DNA of 64,000 nt, from positions 52,837 through 116,836 of the forward strand of contig CAKOPN010000006.1 of NCBI GenBank assembly GCA_934100165.1. The letters are read 5' to 3'. A program made the position numbers and the translations under genes. This document shows, piece after piece, positions 9,717 to 21,664 of this stretch (within the stretch, counting starts at the first letter, position 1; the number at the start of each line of letters is the position of its first letter). Under the pieces are notes generated by a model. It was not told the origin of the DNA. It did no database searches and worked only from the letters and a program-made list of their open reading frames with translations. Source of the stretch: an uncultured Bacilli bacterium (lineage in GTDB: Bacteria; Bacillota_I; Bacilli_A; RF39; UBA660).

Positions 9717-10667
9717 CTAATCATCATTACGTAGTACAAGACCTAAATCTCTTACTTTATCTAACACTTCTTTTAGTGATTTCTTACCTAAATTACGTAT
9801 TTTCATCATGTCGTTTTCACTCTTGTTAACTAAATCTTGAAGAGTATGAATATTTGCTCTCTTTAAGCAGTTGTATGCTCTTACAGAGAAATCCAAATCT
9901 TCTATTGTAGTCTCTAAAGCTTTTACTTTAGGATCTTCTGTTTTTTCAATCATCATACCAGTCATATCAGCGATATTACTTAAATTAGTAAGAATATTGA
10001 AATGTTCAATTAAAATTCTTGATGCTAAAGCAATTGCTTCTTCTGGTTTCATAGAACCTTTAGTCCATACATTAAGTATTAGTTTATCATAGTTTTCATT
10101 TTGTCCAACACGAGCAGGTTCAACATCATAAGAAATTCTATCAATTGGAGTAAATATTGAATCTATTGCAATAACTCCAACTTTTCTAATATCAAGAAGT
10201 TTCTTGTTTTCTTCACTTCTTACGTATCCTCTGCCGTTTGATACAGTCATTTCCATAATTAGTTTTCCACCCTTAGCAACATTTGCAATTACTAAGTCTG
10301 GGTTAATTATTTCGATATCTGAATCATGTTCGATATCTCCTGCAGTAACTGGACCTTCTTCAGTTTTACTTATTCTAATAGTTTTAATTTCTTTAGAATG
10401 ATTCTTAACTACTACTTGTTTTAAATTTAATATAATTGTTGTTACGTCTTCAAGTACTCCTTCAATTGTTTGGAATTCATGTAAAACTCCTTCAATTTTT
10501 ACGCTGCTAATTGCACTTCCAGGAAGACTTGATAGCATAACACGTCTTAATGCATTTCCTAAAGTTGTACCGAATCCTCTTTCAAGTGGTTCGATTTCGA
10601 ATTTACCATAAAAATTACTTTCTACATAATCAGTTATTTTATAGTTTGGTTTTTCAAATTCAATCAT
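9717..10667 (-). CDS. rpoA: DNA-directed RNA polymerase alpha subunit
   Basis: EPLERGFGTTLGNALRRVMLSSLPG, plus a C-terminal domain with SVRAYNCLKRANI. Confidence 0.98.
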   Translation of the reverse strand: MIEFEKPNYKITDYVESNFYGKFEIEPLERGFGTTLGNALRRVMLSSLPGSAISSVKIEGVLHEFQTIEGVLEDVTTIILNLKQVVVKNHSKEIKTIRISKTEEGPVTAGDIEHDSDIEIINPDLVIANVAKGGKLIMEMTVSNGRGYVRSEENKKLLDIRKVGVIAIDSIFTPIDRISYDVEPARVGQNENYDKLILNVWTKGSMKPEEAIALASRILIEHFNILTNLSNIADMTGMMIEKTEDPKVKALETTIEDLDFSVRAYNCLKRANIHTLQDLVNKSENDMMKIRNLGKKSLKEVLDKVRDLGLVLRNDD

Positions 10668-10697
10668 GAAACTACCTCCTTTATTTTTTAGTTACTA

Positions 10698-11081
10698 TTA
10701 ACCACGTGGACGCTTTGGTGGGCGACATCCATTATGTGGAATAGGTGTTACATCAGTAATTGAAGTTATTTCTAATCCTGCTGTTTGAAGTGATCTTATA
10801 GCAGTTTCTCTTCCAGGTCCTAAACCTTTAACTTGTACTTCTATTTTTCTCATGCCTAAATCATAAGCAGCTTTTCCAGCAGCTTCTGCAGCCATTCCAG
10901 CAGCAAATGGAGTAGATTTTTTACTTCCTTTAAATCCGATTGCTCCACTACTAGCCCAAGAAATAGCGCAACCTTCTTTATCTGTTATAGTAGTAATTGT
11001 ATTATTAAATGTTGAATGAATATGTGCTACACCTTCAGGAACATTCTTTTTGACTTTTTTCTTTCTTGTCTTATAAGCCAT
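10698..11081 (-). CDS. rpsK: 30S ribosomal protein S11
   Basis: [12 protein letters not shown]...[13 protein letters not shown]...[12 protein letters not shown]-like tail. Confidence 0.97.
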   Translation of the reverse strand: MAYKTRKKKVKKNVPEGVAHIHSTFNNTITTITDKEGCAISWASSGAIGFKGSKKSTPFAAGMAAEAAGKAAYDLGMRKIEVQVKGLGPGRETAIRSLQTAGLEITSITDVTPIPHNGCRPPKRPRG

Positions 11082-11114
11082 GTTTTTTTTCCTCCTTTAA
11101 CATATATTATTTAA

Positions 11115-11480
11115 TTATTTCTTTTTGTTAGCAACAGTTTTTCCTTTACCTTTACGAGTTCTAGCATTACTTCTAGTGCTTTGTCCTCTAACTGGTAATC
11201 CTTTTTTATGACGAGTTCCTTGATATGAATTGATTTCCATTTTAGTCTTGATGTTCATGTTAATTTCACGTCTTAAATCACCTTCAACCATGTATTTAGA
11301 AACTTCTTCACGTAGTCTAGTTAATTCATCGTTATCTAGATCTTTAACTCTTTTGCTACCTTCAACTTTTGCGTCATTAACTATTTTCTTTGCTAAATTT
11401 CTTCCTATTCCATAAATATAAGTTATTGAAGTTTCAACTTGCTTATCATTTGGAATATCTACACCTTTAATACGAGCCAT
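11115..11480 (-). CDS. rpsM: 30S ribosomal protein S13
   Basis: [10 protein letters not shown]...YIYGIG...RTNARTRKG. Confidence 0.97.
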   Translation of the reverse strand: MARIKGVDIPNDKQVETSITYIYGIGRNLAKKIVNDAKVEGSKRVKDLDNDELTRLREEVSKYMVEGDLRREINMNIKTKMEINSYQGTRHKKGLPVRGQSTRSNARTRKGKGKTVANKKK

Positions 11481-11498
11481 TTCTTACACTCCCTTTCA

Positions 11499-11841
<343 letters not shown>

Positions 11842-11845
11842 AATA

Positions 11846-12601
11846 TCACTCTCCTGTCAAAATTTGATATCCATCTTTTGTTACAACAACAGTATGCTCA
11901 AAGTGAGCTGATGGACTACCGTCATAACTTTCTATTGTCCAACCATCATCTAGTATACATATATCTGCTTTACCTAAGTTCAACATAGGTTCAACAGCAA
12001 ATACCATTCCTTCTTTTATAAGTGGTCCAGTTCCAGCTTTTCCGTAATTTGGAATATCTGGAGCTTCATGTAAGTTATGACCTACGCCATGACCTACAAG
12101 TTCTTTAACTACACCTAAATGATATTTTTTAGCTACTGTTTCAACAGCATGTGAGATATCACCAATGTGATTACCTGGCTTAACCATACTAAGTCCAGCA
12201 AATAATGCTTCTTCGGTATGTTTCATTAAGAGTTCTTTCTCTTTACTAACATCTCCTACTTTGTATGTCCATGCTGAATCACCATGATATCCTTTGTAGC
12301 ATGCGCAAATATCGATAGATATTATATCACCATTTTTTAATTTTCGATCACTTGGAATTCCATGAACTACTTCTTCATTAACACTTGTACAAAGTGTTGC
12401 TGGATATCCTTCATAACCTTTACAAGAAGGAATAGCACCTTGGCTTCTTATAAAGTCTTCTGCAAGAGTGTCTAACTCTTTTGTTGTTATTCCTTCTTTA
12501 ATAAATGGTTTTAGATATTGGTGAGTTTTATAAACAATAGAACCAGCAATCTTTAAAAGTTCAATTTCTCTTTCACTTTTAATACTAATCAAGTTTATCA
12601 C
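11846..12601 (-). CDS. map: Type I methionine aminopeptidase
   Basis: Metal ligands are in context: [17 protein letters not shown]...VGHGVG...EPM. Confidence 0.95.
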   Translation of the reverse strand: MINLISIKSEREIELLKIAGSIVYKTHQYLKPFIKEGITTKELDTLAEDFIRSQGAIPSCKGYEGYPATLCTSVNEEVVHGIPSDRKLKNGDIISIDICACYKGYHGDSAWTYKVGDVSKEKELLMKHTEEALFAGLSMVKPGNHIGDISHAVETVAKKYHLGVVKELVGHGVGHNLHEAPDIPNYGKAGTGPLIKEGMVFAVEPMLNLGKADICILDDGWTIESYDGSPSAHFEHTVVVTKDGYQILTGE

Positions 12602-13256
12602 CTAGAGTTTTTAAAAGCTCAGTTACTTGTTCAAATGTATATTCAGAACCTTTATTACTATCTACAGTGTATAAGTTTCCTTTAGCACTATAGAAGTCTA
12701 TTAAAGGTTGTGTCTTTTCTACGTAAGTATTATATCTTGTTTCAAGTGATTCAAGATTGTCATCACTTCTTTGATATAACTTTCCACCACATTTATCACA
12801 AGTACCTTCTACTTTTGGAGTAAGTTTAGGATTATTCATATTGTATATAGCACCGCATTCTTTGCAAAGTCTTCTACCAGTAATTCTACTAGCAAGTTCT
12901 TCCTTAGCAATATCTAGCACTATTACTATTCCTAAATCTCCATTTATTTTTTTGACTATTTCATCATATTTTTCAGCTTGTTTTACATTTCTTGGGAAAC
13001 CATCAAGAATATATCCTTTTTTGCAATCATCTTCCATAAGTCTATCTTCTAATAATTTATAAACAATTTCATCAGTAACAAGTAGTCCTTCTTTTTGCAT
13101 ATTAGCAATTTCACGGCCTAACTCATCATCTTTTAAAACTCTTTCTCTTAGTAGATCACCTGTGGAAATATGTACATAATTATATTTTTCTTTTAGTTCT
13201 TTTGCAAGTGTTCCTTTGCCAGCACCTGGTGCTGCTAATAATATTAAATTTCTCAT
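12585..13256 (-). CDS. adk: Adenylate kinase (Zn-lid type)
   Basis: GAPGAGKGT P-loop; the lid has CKECG...CDKCGG. Confidence 0.96.
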   Translation of the reverse strand: MRNLILLAAPGAGKGTLAKELKEKYNYVHISTGDLLRERVLKDDELGREIANMQKEGLLVTDEIVYKLLEDRLMEDDCKKGYILDGFPRNVKQAEKYDEIVKKINGDLGIVIVLDIAKEELASRITGRRLCKECGAIYNMNNPKLTPKVEGTCDKCGGKLYQRSDDNLESLETRYNTYVEKTQPLIDFYSAKGNLYTVDSNKGSEYTFEQVTELLKTLGDKLD

Positions 13257-14512
13257 CTTCTTGAATAACCTCTCTTATAATTTCTTGTAACTAAGCTACC
13301 TTCTAGTTGCCTATATGTTTCTAGTGCAACACCTACAACGATTAGTAAGCTTGTTCCTCCTACTGAAACCGTTGATGATAGGTTTGTCAAAGATGAAAAT
13401 ATTATTGGTAATGCAGATATTACGACAAGGAATAGTGCACCAAAAACTGTAAGTCTTGATAATACTTTCGAAATATAATTTTCAGTGTCTTTGCCAGGTC
13501 TTACTCCTGGAACAAATCCACCATTATCTTTTAAATTCTTTGCAAGCTCTTCTGGTCTTAATTGTATAAATGTATAGAAGTATGCAAAGAAATATATAAG
13601 TACTACAAATATTAAGAATCCAACTGGTTTTGTATAAGTTAAATAGTTGCTAACAAAGTTTTTAAATCCTTGGTTATCTACAAATTGTGCGATAACTCCT
13701 GGAATTGTTAAAAGACTTGATGCAAATATTACTGGTACAACTCCTGCTGTATTTATTTTAATTGGCATATATGATTTATTACCACCAATTGCTATTGTAG
13801 ACTTGTTTGCATATTGTATTGGAACTCTTCTTTCAGCTTCTTGCATGTATATTACACCGATTACTACAGCAAAATATACTATTACGAAAGCTATAAAAAT
13901 AAGTGTACCAATAAGTGTACTAAAATTACCAGATAATACTAATTCTTCAAAGGCTGTAACGAACATTGATGGAAGTGTTGATATTATACCTGCCATAATT
14001 ATTAGTGATACACCATTTCCTATTCCTTTTTGGGTAATTTGATCTCCAAGCCATAATAGGAATGCTGTTCCTGCTGTTATAACAGTTGCAACATACATGT
14101 AATCCATTGTTGTTTTGCCTTGACCTAAGAATGCTATTGCAAATACGAATCCTTCAATAAATGCAAATATTATTCCTAGATATCTAGTAATTTTATTTAT
14201 TTTTTGTCGACCCGTAGGTCCTTCATCTTTAAGTTCACTAAAATACGGAACTATATCCATTTGTAATAACTGCACTATAATCGATGCCGTTATGTATGGT
14301 GTTACTCCAAGTGAAAATATGGAGAACTTCTGCATTGCTCCTCCTGTAAATGAGTTAAGCGTTGCAAACGCACCAACATCGATATTTGGTGTTCCAGGTA
14401 TTTGAACATAGGTACCAATTATAAATAATGCTAGTGAACCTAATGTAAATAATACTCTAAATCTTAAATCTTTATTTGTAGGTGCGAATAATTGTTTCAA
14501 TTCTTGAAACAT
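13253..14512 (-). CDS. secY: Preprotein translocase subunit SecY
   Basis: 419-aa, 10-TM protein between rplO and adk, with LGVTPYITASIIVQLL. Confidence 0.97.
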   Translation of the reverse strand: MFQELKQLFAPTNKDLRFRVLFTLGSLALFIIGTYVQIPGTPNIDVGAFATLNSFTGGAMQKFSIFSLGVTPYITASIIVQLLQMDIVPYFSELKDEGPTGRQKINKITRYLGIIFAFIEGFVFAIAFLGQGKTTMDYMYVATVITAGTAFLLWLGDQITQKGIGNGVSLIIMAGIISTLPSMFVTAFEELVLSGNFSTLIGTLIFIAFVIVYFAVVIGVIYMQEAERRVPIQYANKSTIAIGGNKSYMPIKINTAGVVPVIFASSLLTIPGVIAQFVDNQGFKNFVSNYLTYTKPVGFLIFVVLIYFFAYFYTFIQLRPEELAKNLKDNGGFVPGVRPGKDTENYISKVLSRLTVFGALFLVVISALPIIFSSLTNLSSTVSVGGTSLLIVVGVALETYRQLEGSLVTRNYKRGYSRR

Positions 14513-14513
14513 A

Positions 14514-14957
14514 TTACATCACCTCAATTTTACTTCCTGATGCTTCGATTTTTTCTTTAGCTGTCTTTGAAAATTTATGTGCTTGAACAGTTAATTTCTT
14601 TTCTAATGTTCCATTTCCAAGTACTTTAATACCGTCAAGTTCTTTTTTTACTAATCCCATTTCTTTTAGTAATGCAGGTGATACTGTTGTACCATCTTCA
14701 AATCTATTTAAATCGCTAACATTGATAACTGCATATTTAGTTTGGAATTCATAGTTATTGAATCCTCTTTTTGGAAGACGTCTATATAATGGAGTTTGTC
14801 CTCCTTCAAATACAGTTCTTACTCCTCCACCACTTCTTGCGTTTTGACCTTTATGACCTTTACCACTTGTTTTTCCTAAACCTGATCCTCTACCACGACC
14901 TACAATTTTTCTTTTTTGTGTAGCTCCGATATTTTTCTCTAATTCATGTAACTTCAT
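14514..14957 (-). CDS. rplO: 50S ribosomal protein L15
   Basis: [19 protein letters not shown] motif. Confidence 0.97.
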   Translation of the reverse strand: MKLHELEKNIGATQKRKIVGRGRGSGLGKTSGKGHKGQNARSGGGVRTVFEGGQTPLYRRLPKRGFNNYEFQTKYAVINVSDLNRFEDGTTVSPALLKEMGLVKKELDGIKVLGNGTLEKKLTVQAHKFSKTAKEKIEASGSKIEVM

Positions 14958-15466
14958 TATCCTAAAATCTCCTCTTTAGTTTTTCCTCTTAGGCTTGCAA
15001 TGTGCTCAGGTGTTTTAATTTGTTTTAATGCATTAAGTGTTGCATTAGCCATATTGTTTTTAGTTCTTGATCCAAGTGATTTAGATAAAATGTCACGGAT
15101 TCCTGCAAGTTCTAGAACAGCTCTAACTGCTCCACCAGCAATTACACCAGTACCAGCAGCAGCAGGTCTTAATAAAACTCTAGCAGCTCCTCTTTCTCCA
15201 ATTACTTCATAAGCAATTGTTCTATCATCAGTTAAAGGTATTTTAATTAAATTTTTGTTAGCATCTTGAATAGCTTTCTTTACGGCATCGCCAACTTCGT
15301 TAGCTTTTCCCATACCTAGTCCAACTTGACCATGTCTGTCCCCAACTACAACAGTAGCAGAAAATCTTCTTTGTCTACCACCTTTATTAACTTTAACAAC
15401 ACTTTTGATTTCAACAACTTGTTCTTCTAAAGTTTTTGCTTTTGGGTCATTGTTTTTATTTTGCAT
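14957..15466 (-). CDS. rpsE: 30S ribosomal protein S5
   Basis: [22 protein letters not shown]...; its stop overlaps the rplO start by 1 nt, so there is no room for rpmD. Confidence 0.97.
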   Translation of the reverse strand: MQNKNNDPKAKTLEEQVVEIKSVVKVNKGGRQRRFSATVVVGDRHGQVGLGMGKANEVGDAVKKAIQDANKNLIKIPLTDDRTIAYEVIGERGAARVLLRPAAAGTGVIAGGAVRAVLELAGIRDILSKSLGSRTKNNMANATLNALKQIKTPEHIASLRGKTKEEILG

Positions 15467-15480
15467 AAATTACCCTCCTT

Positions 15481-15843
15481 CTAAAATTCTAAACCATTTT
15501 CACGTGCTGCTTCTGCTAAAGCTTTAACACGTCCATGATATAAGTATCCACCTCTATCGAATACTACTTTTTTAACGTTTGCTTTTTTTGCTTCAGCTGC
15601 TACTTTTTCACCAACTTTAGTAGCTGCTTCAACATTGCTTCCATTAGTTAATTTTAGATCTTTATCAAGTGATGAGGCACTAGCTATTGTTGTTGCAGTC
15701 TCATCATCAATAATCTGTGCAAAAATGTTTGAATTTGATCTAAACACATTAAGTCTTGGAACAGCACTTGTACCATGTACATCTTTTCTTACTCTTTTGT
15801 GTCTTTCAACACGCATAGCGTTTCTTGATTCTTTCTTAATCAT
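15481..15843 (-). CDS. rplR: 50S ribosomal protein L18
   Basis: [27 protein letters not shown]...[17 protein letters not shown]. Confidence 0.97.
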   Translation of the reverse strand: MIKKESRNAMRVERHKRVRKDVHGTSAVPRLNVFRSNSNIFAQIIDDETATTIASASSLDKDLKLTNGSNVEAATKVGEKVAAEAKKANVKKVVFDRGGYLYHGRVKALAEAARENGLEF

Positions 15844-15868
15844 AAGTAACTTCTCCTTATCTTATATT

Positions 15869-16399
15869 TTAAGCAGCTTTCTTACCTTCCTTACGAATAA
15901 TGTGTTCGTCTTTATAACGAATACCTTTTCCTTTATAAGGTTCTGGTTGTCTAACTTTTCTAACATTTGCTGCAAATTCTCCAACTTTTTCTTTATCGAT
16001 ACCTTTAATAGTAAGTTCTGTATTACTTGGAACTTCTACTGTAATACCTTCTGGAATTTGCATTTCAACTGGATGTGAATATCCAGCACTAATAACTATT
16101 ACATTACCTTTTAGAGTGAAACGGTAACCTACACCAATGATTTCAAGTTTCTTTTCATAACCATGTGTAACACCAGTAATCATATTATTGATGTTAGCAT
16201 TGATTGTACCATGCATTGGTTTGTAATTATCATTTGCTCTTAATACTTCTAAAGTGTTGTCTTCTACTTTAATAGTGATTCCTTTTACTAGATTAGTAGT
16301 AAGGGATCCTTTAGGTCCTTTAACAGTTACTATTCCATTTTCTTCTGTAATTGTAACACCTTCTGGTATTGCAATCTTTCTATTTCCTATACGACTCAT
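15869..16399 (-). CDS. rplF: 50S ribosomal protein L6
   Basis: MSRIGNRKIAIPEGV...GVGYRF; spc operon order. Confidence 0.97.
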   Translation of the reverse strand: MSRIGNRKIAIPEGVTITEENGIVTVKGPKGSLTTNLVKGITIKVEDNTLEVLRANDNYKPMHGTINANINNMITGVTHGYEKKLEIIGVGYRFTLKGNVIVISAGYSHPVEMQIPEGITVEVPSNTELTIKGIDKEKVGEFAANVRKVRQPEPYKGKGIRYKDEHIIRKEGKKAA

Positions 16400-16423
16400 T
16401 TCAAGGCCTCCTTACACTTTAGA

Positions 16424-16825
16424 TTACCAGATGTAAGCTAAAACTTCTCCACCAAGGTTTTCTTTACGAGCTTGTTTATCTGTCATAATTCCTTTTGAAG
16501 TAGAAATTATAGCAATTCCTAATCCATTTAATACTTTTGGAACTTCATCGCTTTTAACATAAACTCTTAATCCTGGTTTTGAAATACGCTTTAATCCAGT
16601 AATTACTTTTTCTTTTTTATTTCCATATTTAAGTGTTAGTAAAATGTTCTTTTGAGCATCTTCTCCAACTACTTTGTAATCTTTTATAAATCCTTCTTCT
16701 TTTAAAATTCTAGCAAGTTCTACTTTTAATTTAGAAGCAGGAACGGTTACATCAGCATAACCCATTGAATTTGCATTACGCATACGCGTTAGCATATCTG
16801 CAATTGTATCAGTTACTACAGCCAT
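16424..16825 (-). CDS. rpsH: 30S ribosomal protein S8
   Basis: [14 protein letters not shown]...GGEVLAYIW. Confidence 0.97.
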   Translation of the reverse strand: MAVVTDTIADMLTRMRNANSMGYADVTVPASKLKVELARILKEEGFIKDYKVVGEDAQKNILLTLKYGNKKEKVITGLKRISKPGLRVYVKSDEVPKVLNGLGIAIISTSKGIMTDKQARKENLGGEVLAYIW

Positions 16826-16844
16826 ATAAAATCCTCCTTCCCAA

Positions 16845-17030
16845 TTACCAGCTTGATTTTTTAATTCCTGGTATTTGTCCTTTATAAGCTAATTCTCTAA
16901 AGCAAATACGGCATATTCCAAATTTACTCATAACTGCATGAGGTCTACCACATCTTTTGCAACGTGTATATTCACGTACTTTGAATTTTTGCTTTCTATT
17001 AGCTTTAACAATCATACTTTTTTTTGCCAT
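16845..17030 (-). CDS. rpsN: 30S ribosomal protein S14, zinc-binding type Z (61 aa)
   Basis: MAKKSMIVK...[10 protein letters not shown]...[25 protein letters not shown] at 17030; the upstream part of the track ORF overlaps rplE. Confidence 0.95.
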   Translation of the reverse strand: MAKKSMIVKANRKQKFKVREYTRCKRCGRPHAVMSKFGICRICFRELAYKGQIPGIKKSSW

Positions 17031-17043
17031 TATTACCCTCCAA

Positions 17044-17583
17044 TTACTTTCTAAATGGAATTCCAAGTTCACTTAATAAATCATAAGCTTCTTCGTTAGT
17101 TTTTGCAGTTGTTACAAATACGATATCCATTCCACGTACTTTTACAACACTGTCATATTCTATCTCAGAAAATATAAGTTGTTCTTTAATTCCAAGTGTG
17201 TAGTTTCCTCTACCATCAAAAGCTTTTGGTGAAACACCTCTAAAATCACGTACACGAGGAAGACCGATTGATACTAACTTATCCATGAAGTTGTACATAT
17301 TGTTTCCTCTTAAAGTAACTTTACAACCAATTGATTGTCCTTCTCTTACTTTAAATCCTGCTATTGATTTTCTAGCTTTTGTAATAACTGGTTTTTGTCC
17401 TGAAATAACTTCAAGATCTTTTACGGCTGCATCTAGTAATTTTGAATTACTTGTTGCATCTCCTACACCCATGTTAATAACTATTTTTTCTAGTTTAGGA
17501 ACTTCCATTATTGTAGTATAATTATGTTTTTTAATTAGACTTGGAACAATTTCATTCATATATCTTTCTTTTAGGCGGTTCAT
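17044..17583 (-). CDS. rplE: 50S ribosomal protein L5
   Basis: MNRLKERY...VINMGVGDA...; spc operon order. Confidence 0.97.
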   Translation of the reverse strand: MNRLKERYMNEIVPSLIKKHNYTTIMEVPKLEKIVINMGVGDATSNSKLLDAAVKDLEVISGQKPVITKARKSIAGFKVREGQSIGCKVTLRGNNMYNFMDKLVSIGLPRVRDFRGVSPKAFDGRGNYTLGIKEQLIFSEIEYDSVVKVRGMDIVFVTTAKTNEEAYDLLSELGIPFRK

Positions 17584-17602
17584 AAATCAAGTCCTCCTTC
17601 CA

Positions 17603-17908
17603 CTAATCGATTTTCTCGTTAGATTTCTTAGCTACTCTAACTTTTTTATCTTTTTCTATAGTATGTCCGATTCTAGTTCTCTTTTTAGTCTTAGGATCGA
17701 TAAGCATAACATTAGATCTATGAATTGGTGCTTCTTGTTCAAGAATTCCACCAGTTTCTTGACCGTTTCCTTTTTTATGTTTCTTTACGATATTACATCC
17801 TTCAACTATAACTCTATTTTCGGCTTTAAGGGTTTTTGTAATTTTTCCTTCTTTACCTTTACTAGATCCAGCAATTACTATAACTTTATCTCCTACTTTT
17901 AAGTTCAT
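17603..17908 (-). CDS. rplX: 50S ribosomal protein L24
   Basis: [20 protein letters not shown] (KOW motif). Confidence 0.96.
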   Translation of the reverse strand: MNLKVGDKVIVIAGSSKGKEGKITKTLKAENRVIVEGCNIVKKHKKGNGQETGGILEQEAPIHRSNVMLIDPKTKKRTRIGHTIEKDKKVRVAKKSNEKID

Positions 17909-17917
17909 AATATCCTC

Positions 17918-18286
17918 CTATAGTACTTCCTTAGCTAGTGATACTATTTTCATGAAATCTTTATCACGAAGTTCTCTAGCTACAGGGCCAAAAATACGAG
18001 TTCCTACTGGACTCTTATCATCCTTGATTATAACGCAAGCATTATCATCAAATTTAATATAAGAACCATCTTCTCTTCTTAATCCGAATGTTGTTCTAAC
18101 TATTACAGCTTTAACAACTTTACCTTTTTTAACAGTTCCATTAGGTGTGGCATTTTTAATTGTACCAACAACTATGTCACCGATATTACCAGTTTTAACT
18201 TTGCTTCCACCAAGTACTCTGATTACTAATAATTCTCTAGCACCTGAGTTGTCAGCAACTTTCAAACGACTTTCTTGTTGAATCAT
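17918..18286 (-). CDS. rplN: 50S ribosomal protein L14
   Basis: [27 protein letters not shown]. Confidence 0.98.
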   Translation of the reverse strand: MIQQESRLKVADNSGARELLVIRVLGGSKVKTGNIGDIVVGTIKNATPNGTVKKGKVVKAVIVRTTFGLRREDGSYIKFDDNACVIIKDDKSPVGTRIFGPVARELRDKDFMKIVSLAKEVL

Positions 18287-18310
18287 AATTAATCCTCCTT
18301 CACCTAAGAG

Positions 18311-18568
18311 TTATAAAATAACTGCTTCCTTTACTATTTCTTTTAAGTAGAATCTCTTTGTTTTAGAAATAGGTTTTGTTTCAACTATTCTAACAACGTC
18401 TCCTACTTTTGCTCTATTTGATTCATCATGAACTGCATATTTCTTTGAAGACTTTACTCTTTTTCCATAAAGTGGATGTTTTTTGTAAGTTTCAACTAAT
18501 ACAGTTATTGTTTTATTATTAACAGAGCTAACTACTTTTCCAACTAATTCTCTATTTGTCTTTTCCAT
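18311..18568 (-). CDS. rpsQ: 30S ribosomal protein S17
   Basis: ATG at 18568 lies 6 nt after AGGAGG; [14 protein letters not shown]...HDE.N....GD.V.I.ETKPISK.K. Confidence 0.96.
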   Translation of the reverse strand: MEKTNRELVGKVVSSVNNKTITVLVETYKKHPLYGKRVKSSKKYAVHDESNRAKVGDVVRIVETKPISKTKRFYLKEIVKEAVIL

Positions 18569-18578
18569 GTGCACCCTC

Positions 18579-18785
18579 CTACTTTGTATTTCCTTCGTTT
18601 AATTCTCTTTCACGAAGAACTGTTTTAAGTCTTGCAACAAGATGTCTTAAGTCTTTGATTCTTGAAGGTTTTTCTAGGTTACCAGTTGCTTGTTGGAAAC
18701 GCAAATTAAATAATTCTTCTTTAGTTTCTTTTATTTTGTTGTTTATCTCTTCAGTGGTTAGATTTCTAATTTCATTAACCTTCAT
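18579..18785 (-). CDS. rpmC: 50S ribosomal protein L29
   Basis: [25 protein letters not shown]. Confidence 0.96.
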   Translation of the reverse strand: MKVNEIRNLTTEEINNKIKETKEELFNLRFQQATGNLEKPSRIKDLRHLVARLKTVLRERELNEGNTK

Positions 18786-19206
18786 TTATATCACCACCAT
18801 TTTCTTTCATAACAAATTTTGTCTTGATTGGTAGTTTGTGTGATGCAAGTCTTAATGCTTCTCTTGCAACATCTTCAGTAACTTCTGAGATTTCAAACAT
18901 AATCTTTCCAGATTTAACTACTGCTACCCAAGATTCTACATTACCCTTACCTTTTCCTTGACGAGTACCAAGTGGTTTTTTAGTTAAAGGCATATGTGGG
19001 AAAATGTTTATCCAAACTTTTCCACCACGTTTCATATAACGAGTCATCGCAACACGAGCTGCTTCGATTTGATTAGCTGTTATCCAAGCACCTTCCATTG
19101 CCATAAGTCCGTAAGTTCCATTGTGTAATTCAGTATTACCTTTTGCACGACCTTCGTAAGGTAATCTATGTACACGACGATATTTTGTCCTTGATGGTAT
19201 TAACAT
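18775..19206 (-). CDS. rplP: 50S ribosomal protein L16
   Basis: [14 protein letters not shown]...[15 protein letters not shown]. Confidence 0.97.
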   Translation of the reverse strand: MLIPSRTKYRRVHRLPYEGRAKGNTELHNGTYGLMAMEGAWITANQIEAARVAMTRYMKRGGKVWINIFPHMPLTKKPLGTRQGKGKGNVESWVAVVKSGKIMFEISEVTEDVAREALRLASHKLPIKTKFVMKENGGDINEG

Positions 19207-19208
19207 AA

Positions 19209-19883
19209 TTAATTACCTCCCTTAGCCTTTGTATTATTTCTTTCAGTTTTTTTATCTTGAAGTATTTCACCTTTATAGATCCATACTTTTACACCAATCT
19301 TACCAAATGTTGTATCAGCTTCTGCTGTTGCATAGTCAACATTTGCTCTTAGTGTATGTAGTGGGATAGTTCCTTCTGAATATCCTTCACTACGTGCTAT
19401 ATCAGCACCATTTAATCTTCCAGATACTGAAGTTTTAACTCCCTTAGCTCCAGCTTTCATAACGTTTCTGATAGCTTTCTTTTGTGCCATTCTGAATGAT
19501 GCACGGTTTTCAATTTGTGATGCAATACTCTTTGCAACTAGTGTAGCATCAAGATCTGGTTTCTTAATATCAACGATTGAAATTTGAATATTTTCATCAA
19601 CTACTTTAGCGATTTCTTTTTTCAAATTCTCTATTTCTTCTCCGCCTTTTCCAATTATTACTCCAGGTTTAGCGGTATGTATAACGATTTCGCATCTTTT
19701 TGCATTTCTTTCAATATCAACAGCGCTAACTCCAGCATCTTTTAATCTTTTTTCTAGAAATTTACGGATTTTTAAATCGTTTTCTAGGTATTTACTAAAA
19801 TCGCTTTTGTTTGCATACCAGTTAGCTTCCCAACCTCTGTTGATTCCAATTCTAAGTCCAATTGGACTAACCTTTTGTCCCAT
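19209..19883 (-). CDS. rpsC: 30S ribosomal protein S3
   Basis: [18 protein letters not shown]...; KH domain. Confidence 0.97.
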   Translation of the reverse strand: MGQKVSPIGLRIGINRGWEANWYANKSDFSKYLENDLKIRKFLEKRLKDAGVSAVDIERNAKRCEIVIHTAKPGVIIGKGGEEIENLKKEIAKVVDENIQISIVDIKKPDLDATLVAKSIASQIENRASFRMAQKKAIRNVMKAGAKGVKTSVSGRLNGADIARSEGYSEGTIPLHTLRANVDYATAEADTTFGKIGVKVWIYKGEILQDKKTERNNTKAKGGN

Positions 19884-19903
19884 ACATTAACCTCCTTTTA
19901 AGA

Positions 19904-20236
19904 TTATTTTTCTGCCACAACTATAACAATGTGACTAGTTCTTCTGTCTTTGTGTCCTATATGACTTCTTGAATCAAACATATGTCTTTTCATTACAGGA
20001 CCTGCATCTACTCTAGCTTCTTTAACATAAAGTTTATTTGCATCAAGTTTGAAATTATTAACTGCATTTGCTGTAGCTGAATTTAAAACTTTTAATACAA
20101 GTGTGCTAGATTTTTTGTTTCTGTTATTTAGTATGTTTACCGCATCATTTACATCTTTACCACGAATTAAATCAACAACTAATCTTGCTTTAATTGGTGA
20201 TATTCTAAGAGACTTTGCGATTGCTTTTGCTTCCAT
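19904..20236 (-). CDS. rplV: 50S ribosomal protein L22
   Basis: MEAKAIAKSLRISP.KARLV.DLIRGK. ATG at 20236 lies 8 nt after AGGAGG. Confidence 0.96.
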   Translation of the reverse strand: MEAKAIAKSLRISPIKARLVVDLIRGKDVNDAVNILNNRNKKSSTLVLKVLNSATANAVNNFKLDANKLYVKEARVDAGPVMKRHMFDSRSHIGHKDRRTSHIVIVVAEK

Positions 20237-20255
20237 ATTCATATCCTCCTAGCCA

Positions 20256-20525
20256 TTACTTTTTCTTGTTTTCGCCATGACCACCAAATTTACGAGTTAG
20301 TGCAAATTCTCCAAGTTTATGACCAACCATATCTTCAGTAACATAAACAGGGATAAATTCTTTGCCATTATGAACCGCAAATGTGTGCCCTATAAAGTCA
20401 GGGTATATTGTAGAACGGCGTGACCAAGTTTTAATAACTTCTTTCTTACCACTTTTATTTAGTTCTCTTACTCTATTTAATAATCTTTCAAATACGTAAG
20501 GACCTTTTTTAAGACTTCTTGCCAT
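20256..20525 (-). CDS. rpsS: 30S ribosomal protein S19
   Basis: [11 protein letters not shown]...[29 protein letters not shown]. Confidence 0.97.
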   Translation of the reverse strand: MARSLKKGPYVFERLLNRVRELNKSGKKEVIKTWSRRSTIYPDFIGHTFAVHNGKEFIPVYVTEDMVGHKLGEFALTRKFGGHGENKKK

Positions 20526-20539
20526 AAATAATCTCCTCC

Positions 20540-21367
20540 CTACTTACTACGACGGCGTACGATTAATTTATCAGACGCTTTTTTCTTTCTAGTTTTGTAT
20601 CCTAGTGCTGGTTTACCCCAAGGAGTAACTGGTCCTTTACGTCCGATTGGAGCACGACCTTCACCACCACCATGTGGGTGATCATTAGGGTTCATAACAG
20701 ATCCACGTACTGTAGGTTTGATTCCTAAGTGACGAGTTCTTCCTGCTTTTCCTAATTTAACAAGTTCATAGTCTTCATTACCAACTACACCAATAGTAGC
20801 ATAGCAAGTACCAAGAACTAATCTTTGTTCACCACTTGATAGACGAAGCATTACATAATTTCCTTCTCTACCTAAAATTTGAGCACTTGAACCAGCGCTT
20901 CTTGCAAGAGATGCACCTTTACCTGGTTTTAATTCAATATTGTGAACTGTTGTACCAACTGGAATGTTTGAAAGTGGTAGGGCATTTCCTACTTTAATAT
21001 CAACATTTTCGCCAGCAACAATAGTTGCTCCAACTTTTAAATCCTTTGGTGCGATGATGTATCTTTTTTCACCATCTATATAATTTATTAGTGCGATGTT
21101 TGCACTTCTGTTTGGATCGTATTCGATAGTTGCTACTTTTCCAGCTATATCTCTTTTATCTCTCTTGAAATCTATTATTCTGTATTTTCTTTTTGCTCCT
21201 CCGCCATGATGTCTAACAGTTATTCTTCCTTGATTATTACGACCACCGTTTTTATTTAAACTAACTAATAAGCTTTTTTCAGGAGTATCTGTAGTAATCT
21301 CTTCGTTTACTAATGTACTCATCTTACGTCTTGCATTAGTAGTTGGCTTATAATTTCTAATTGCCAT
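20540..21367 (-). CDS. rplB: 50S ribosomal protein L2
   Basis: RRNYKPTT...[13 protein letters not shown]...[13 protein letters not shown]. Confidence 0.98.
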   Translation of the reverse strand: MAIRNYKPTTNARRKMSTLVNEEITTDTPEKSLLVSLNKNGGRNNQGRITVRHHGGGAKRKYRIIDFKRDKRDIAGKVATIEYDPNRSANIALINYIDGEKRYIIAPKDLKVGATIVAGENVDIKVGNALPLSNIPVGTTVHNIELKPGKGASLARSAGSSAQILGREGNYVMLRLSSGEQRLVLGTCYATIGVVGNEDYELVKLGKAGRTRHLGIKPTVRGSVMNPNDHPHGGGEGRAPIGRKGPVTPWGKPALGYKTRKKKASDKLIVRRRSK

Positions 21368-21379
21368 AATATCCTCCCT

Positions 21380-21664
21380 CTAACCAAGATCGATAGTTTG
21401 ACCTTCTGCAAGTTTAACTATAGCTTTTTTAGCTCTGTTACTAACTCCTGCATAACGTCCTACTCTTCTTTTCTTAGTTTTAATATTTAATGTAGATATT
21501 TCTTCTACTTTTACTTTAAATATTTTTTCAATAGCATTCTTAATTTCAGTTTTTGATGCTTTTGGATCTACTTTAAATAAATACTTGTTTTCTTCTTGTG
21601 CTAAACGTGCACTTTTTTCTGTAACGATTGGTGCTTTGATTATTTCTAAATATTTTGTATCCAT
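21380..21664 (-). CDS. rplW: 50S ribosomal protein L23
   Basis: II.API.TEKS......NKY.FKV...A.K.EIK.A.E..F.VKV. Confidence 0.95.
   Translation of the reverse strand: MDTKYLEIIKAPIVTEKSARLAQEENKYLFKVDPKASKTEIKNAIEKIFKVKVEEISTLNIKTKKRRVGRYAGVSNRAKKAIVKLAEGQTIDLG

Noticed and set aside
14950-14965. Absence of rpmD (L30) between rpsE and rplO; the two genes overlap by 1 nt.
   Set aside because: This is real in the sequence, but L30 is dispensable and missing from this slot in several bacterial lineages. It is most likely a lineage trait rather than a novelty. I cannot check whether it is encoded elsewhere.
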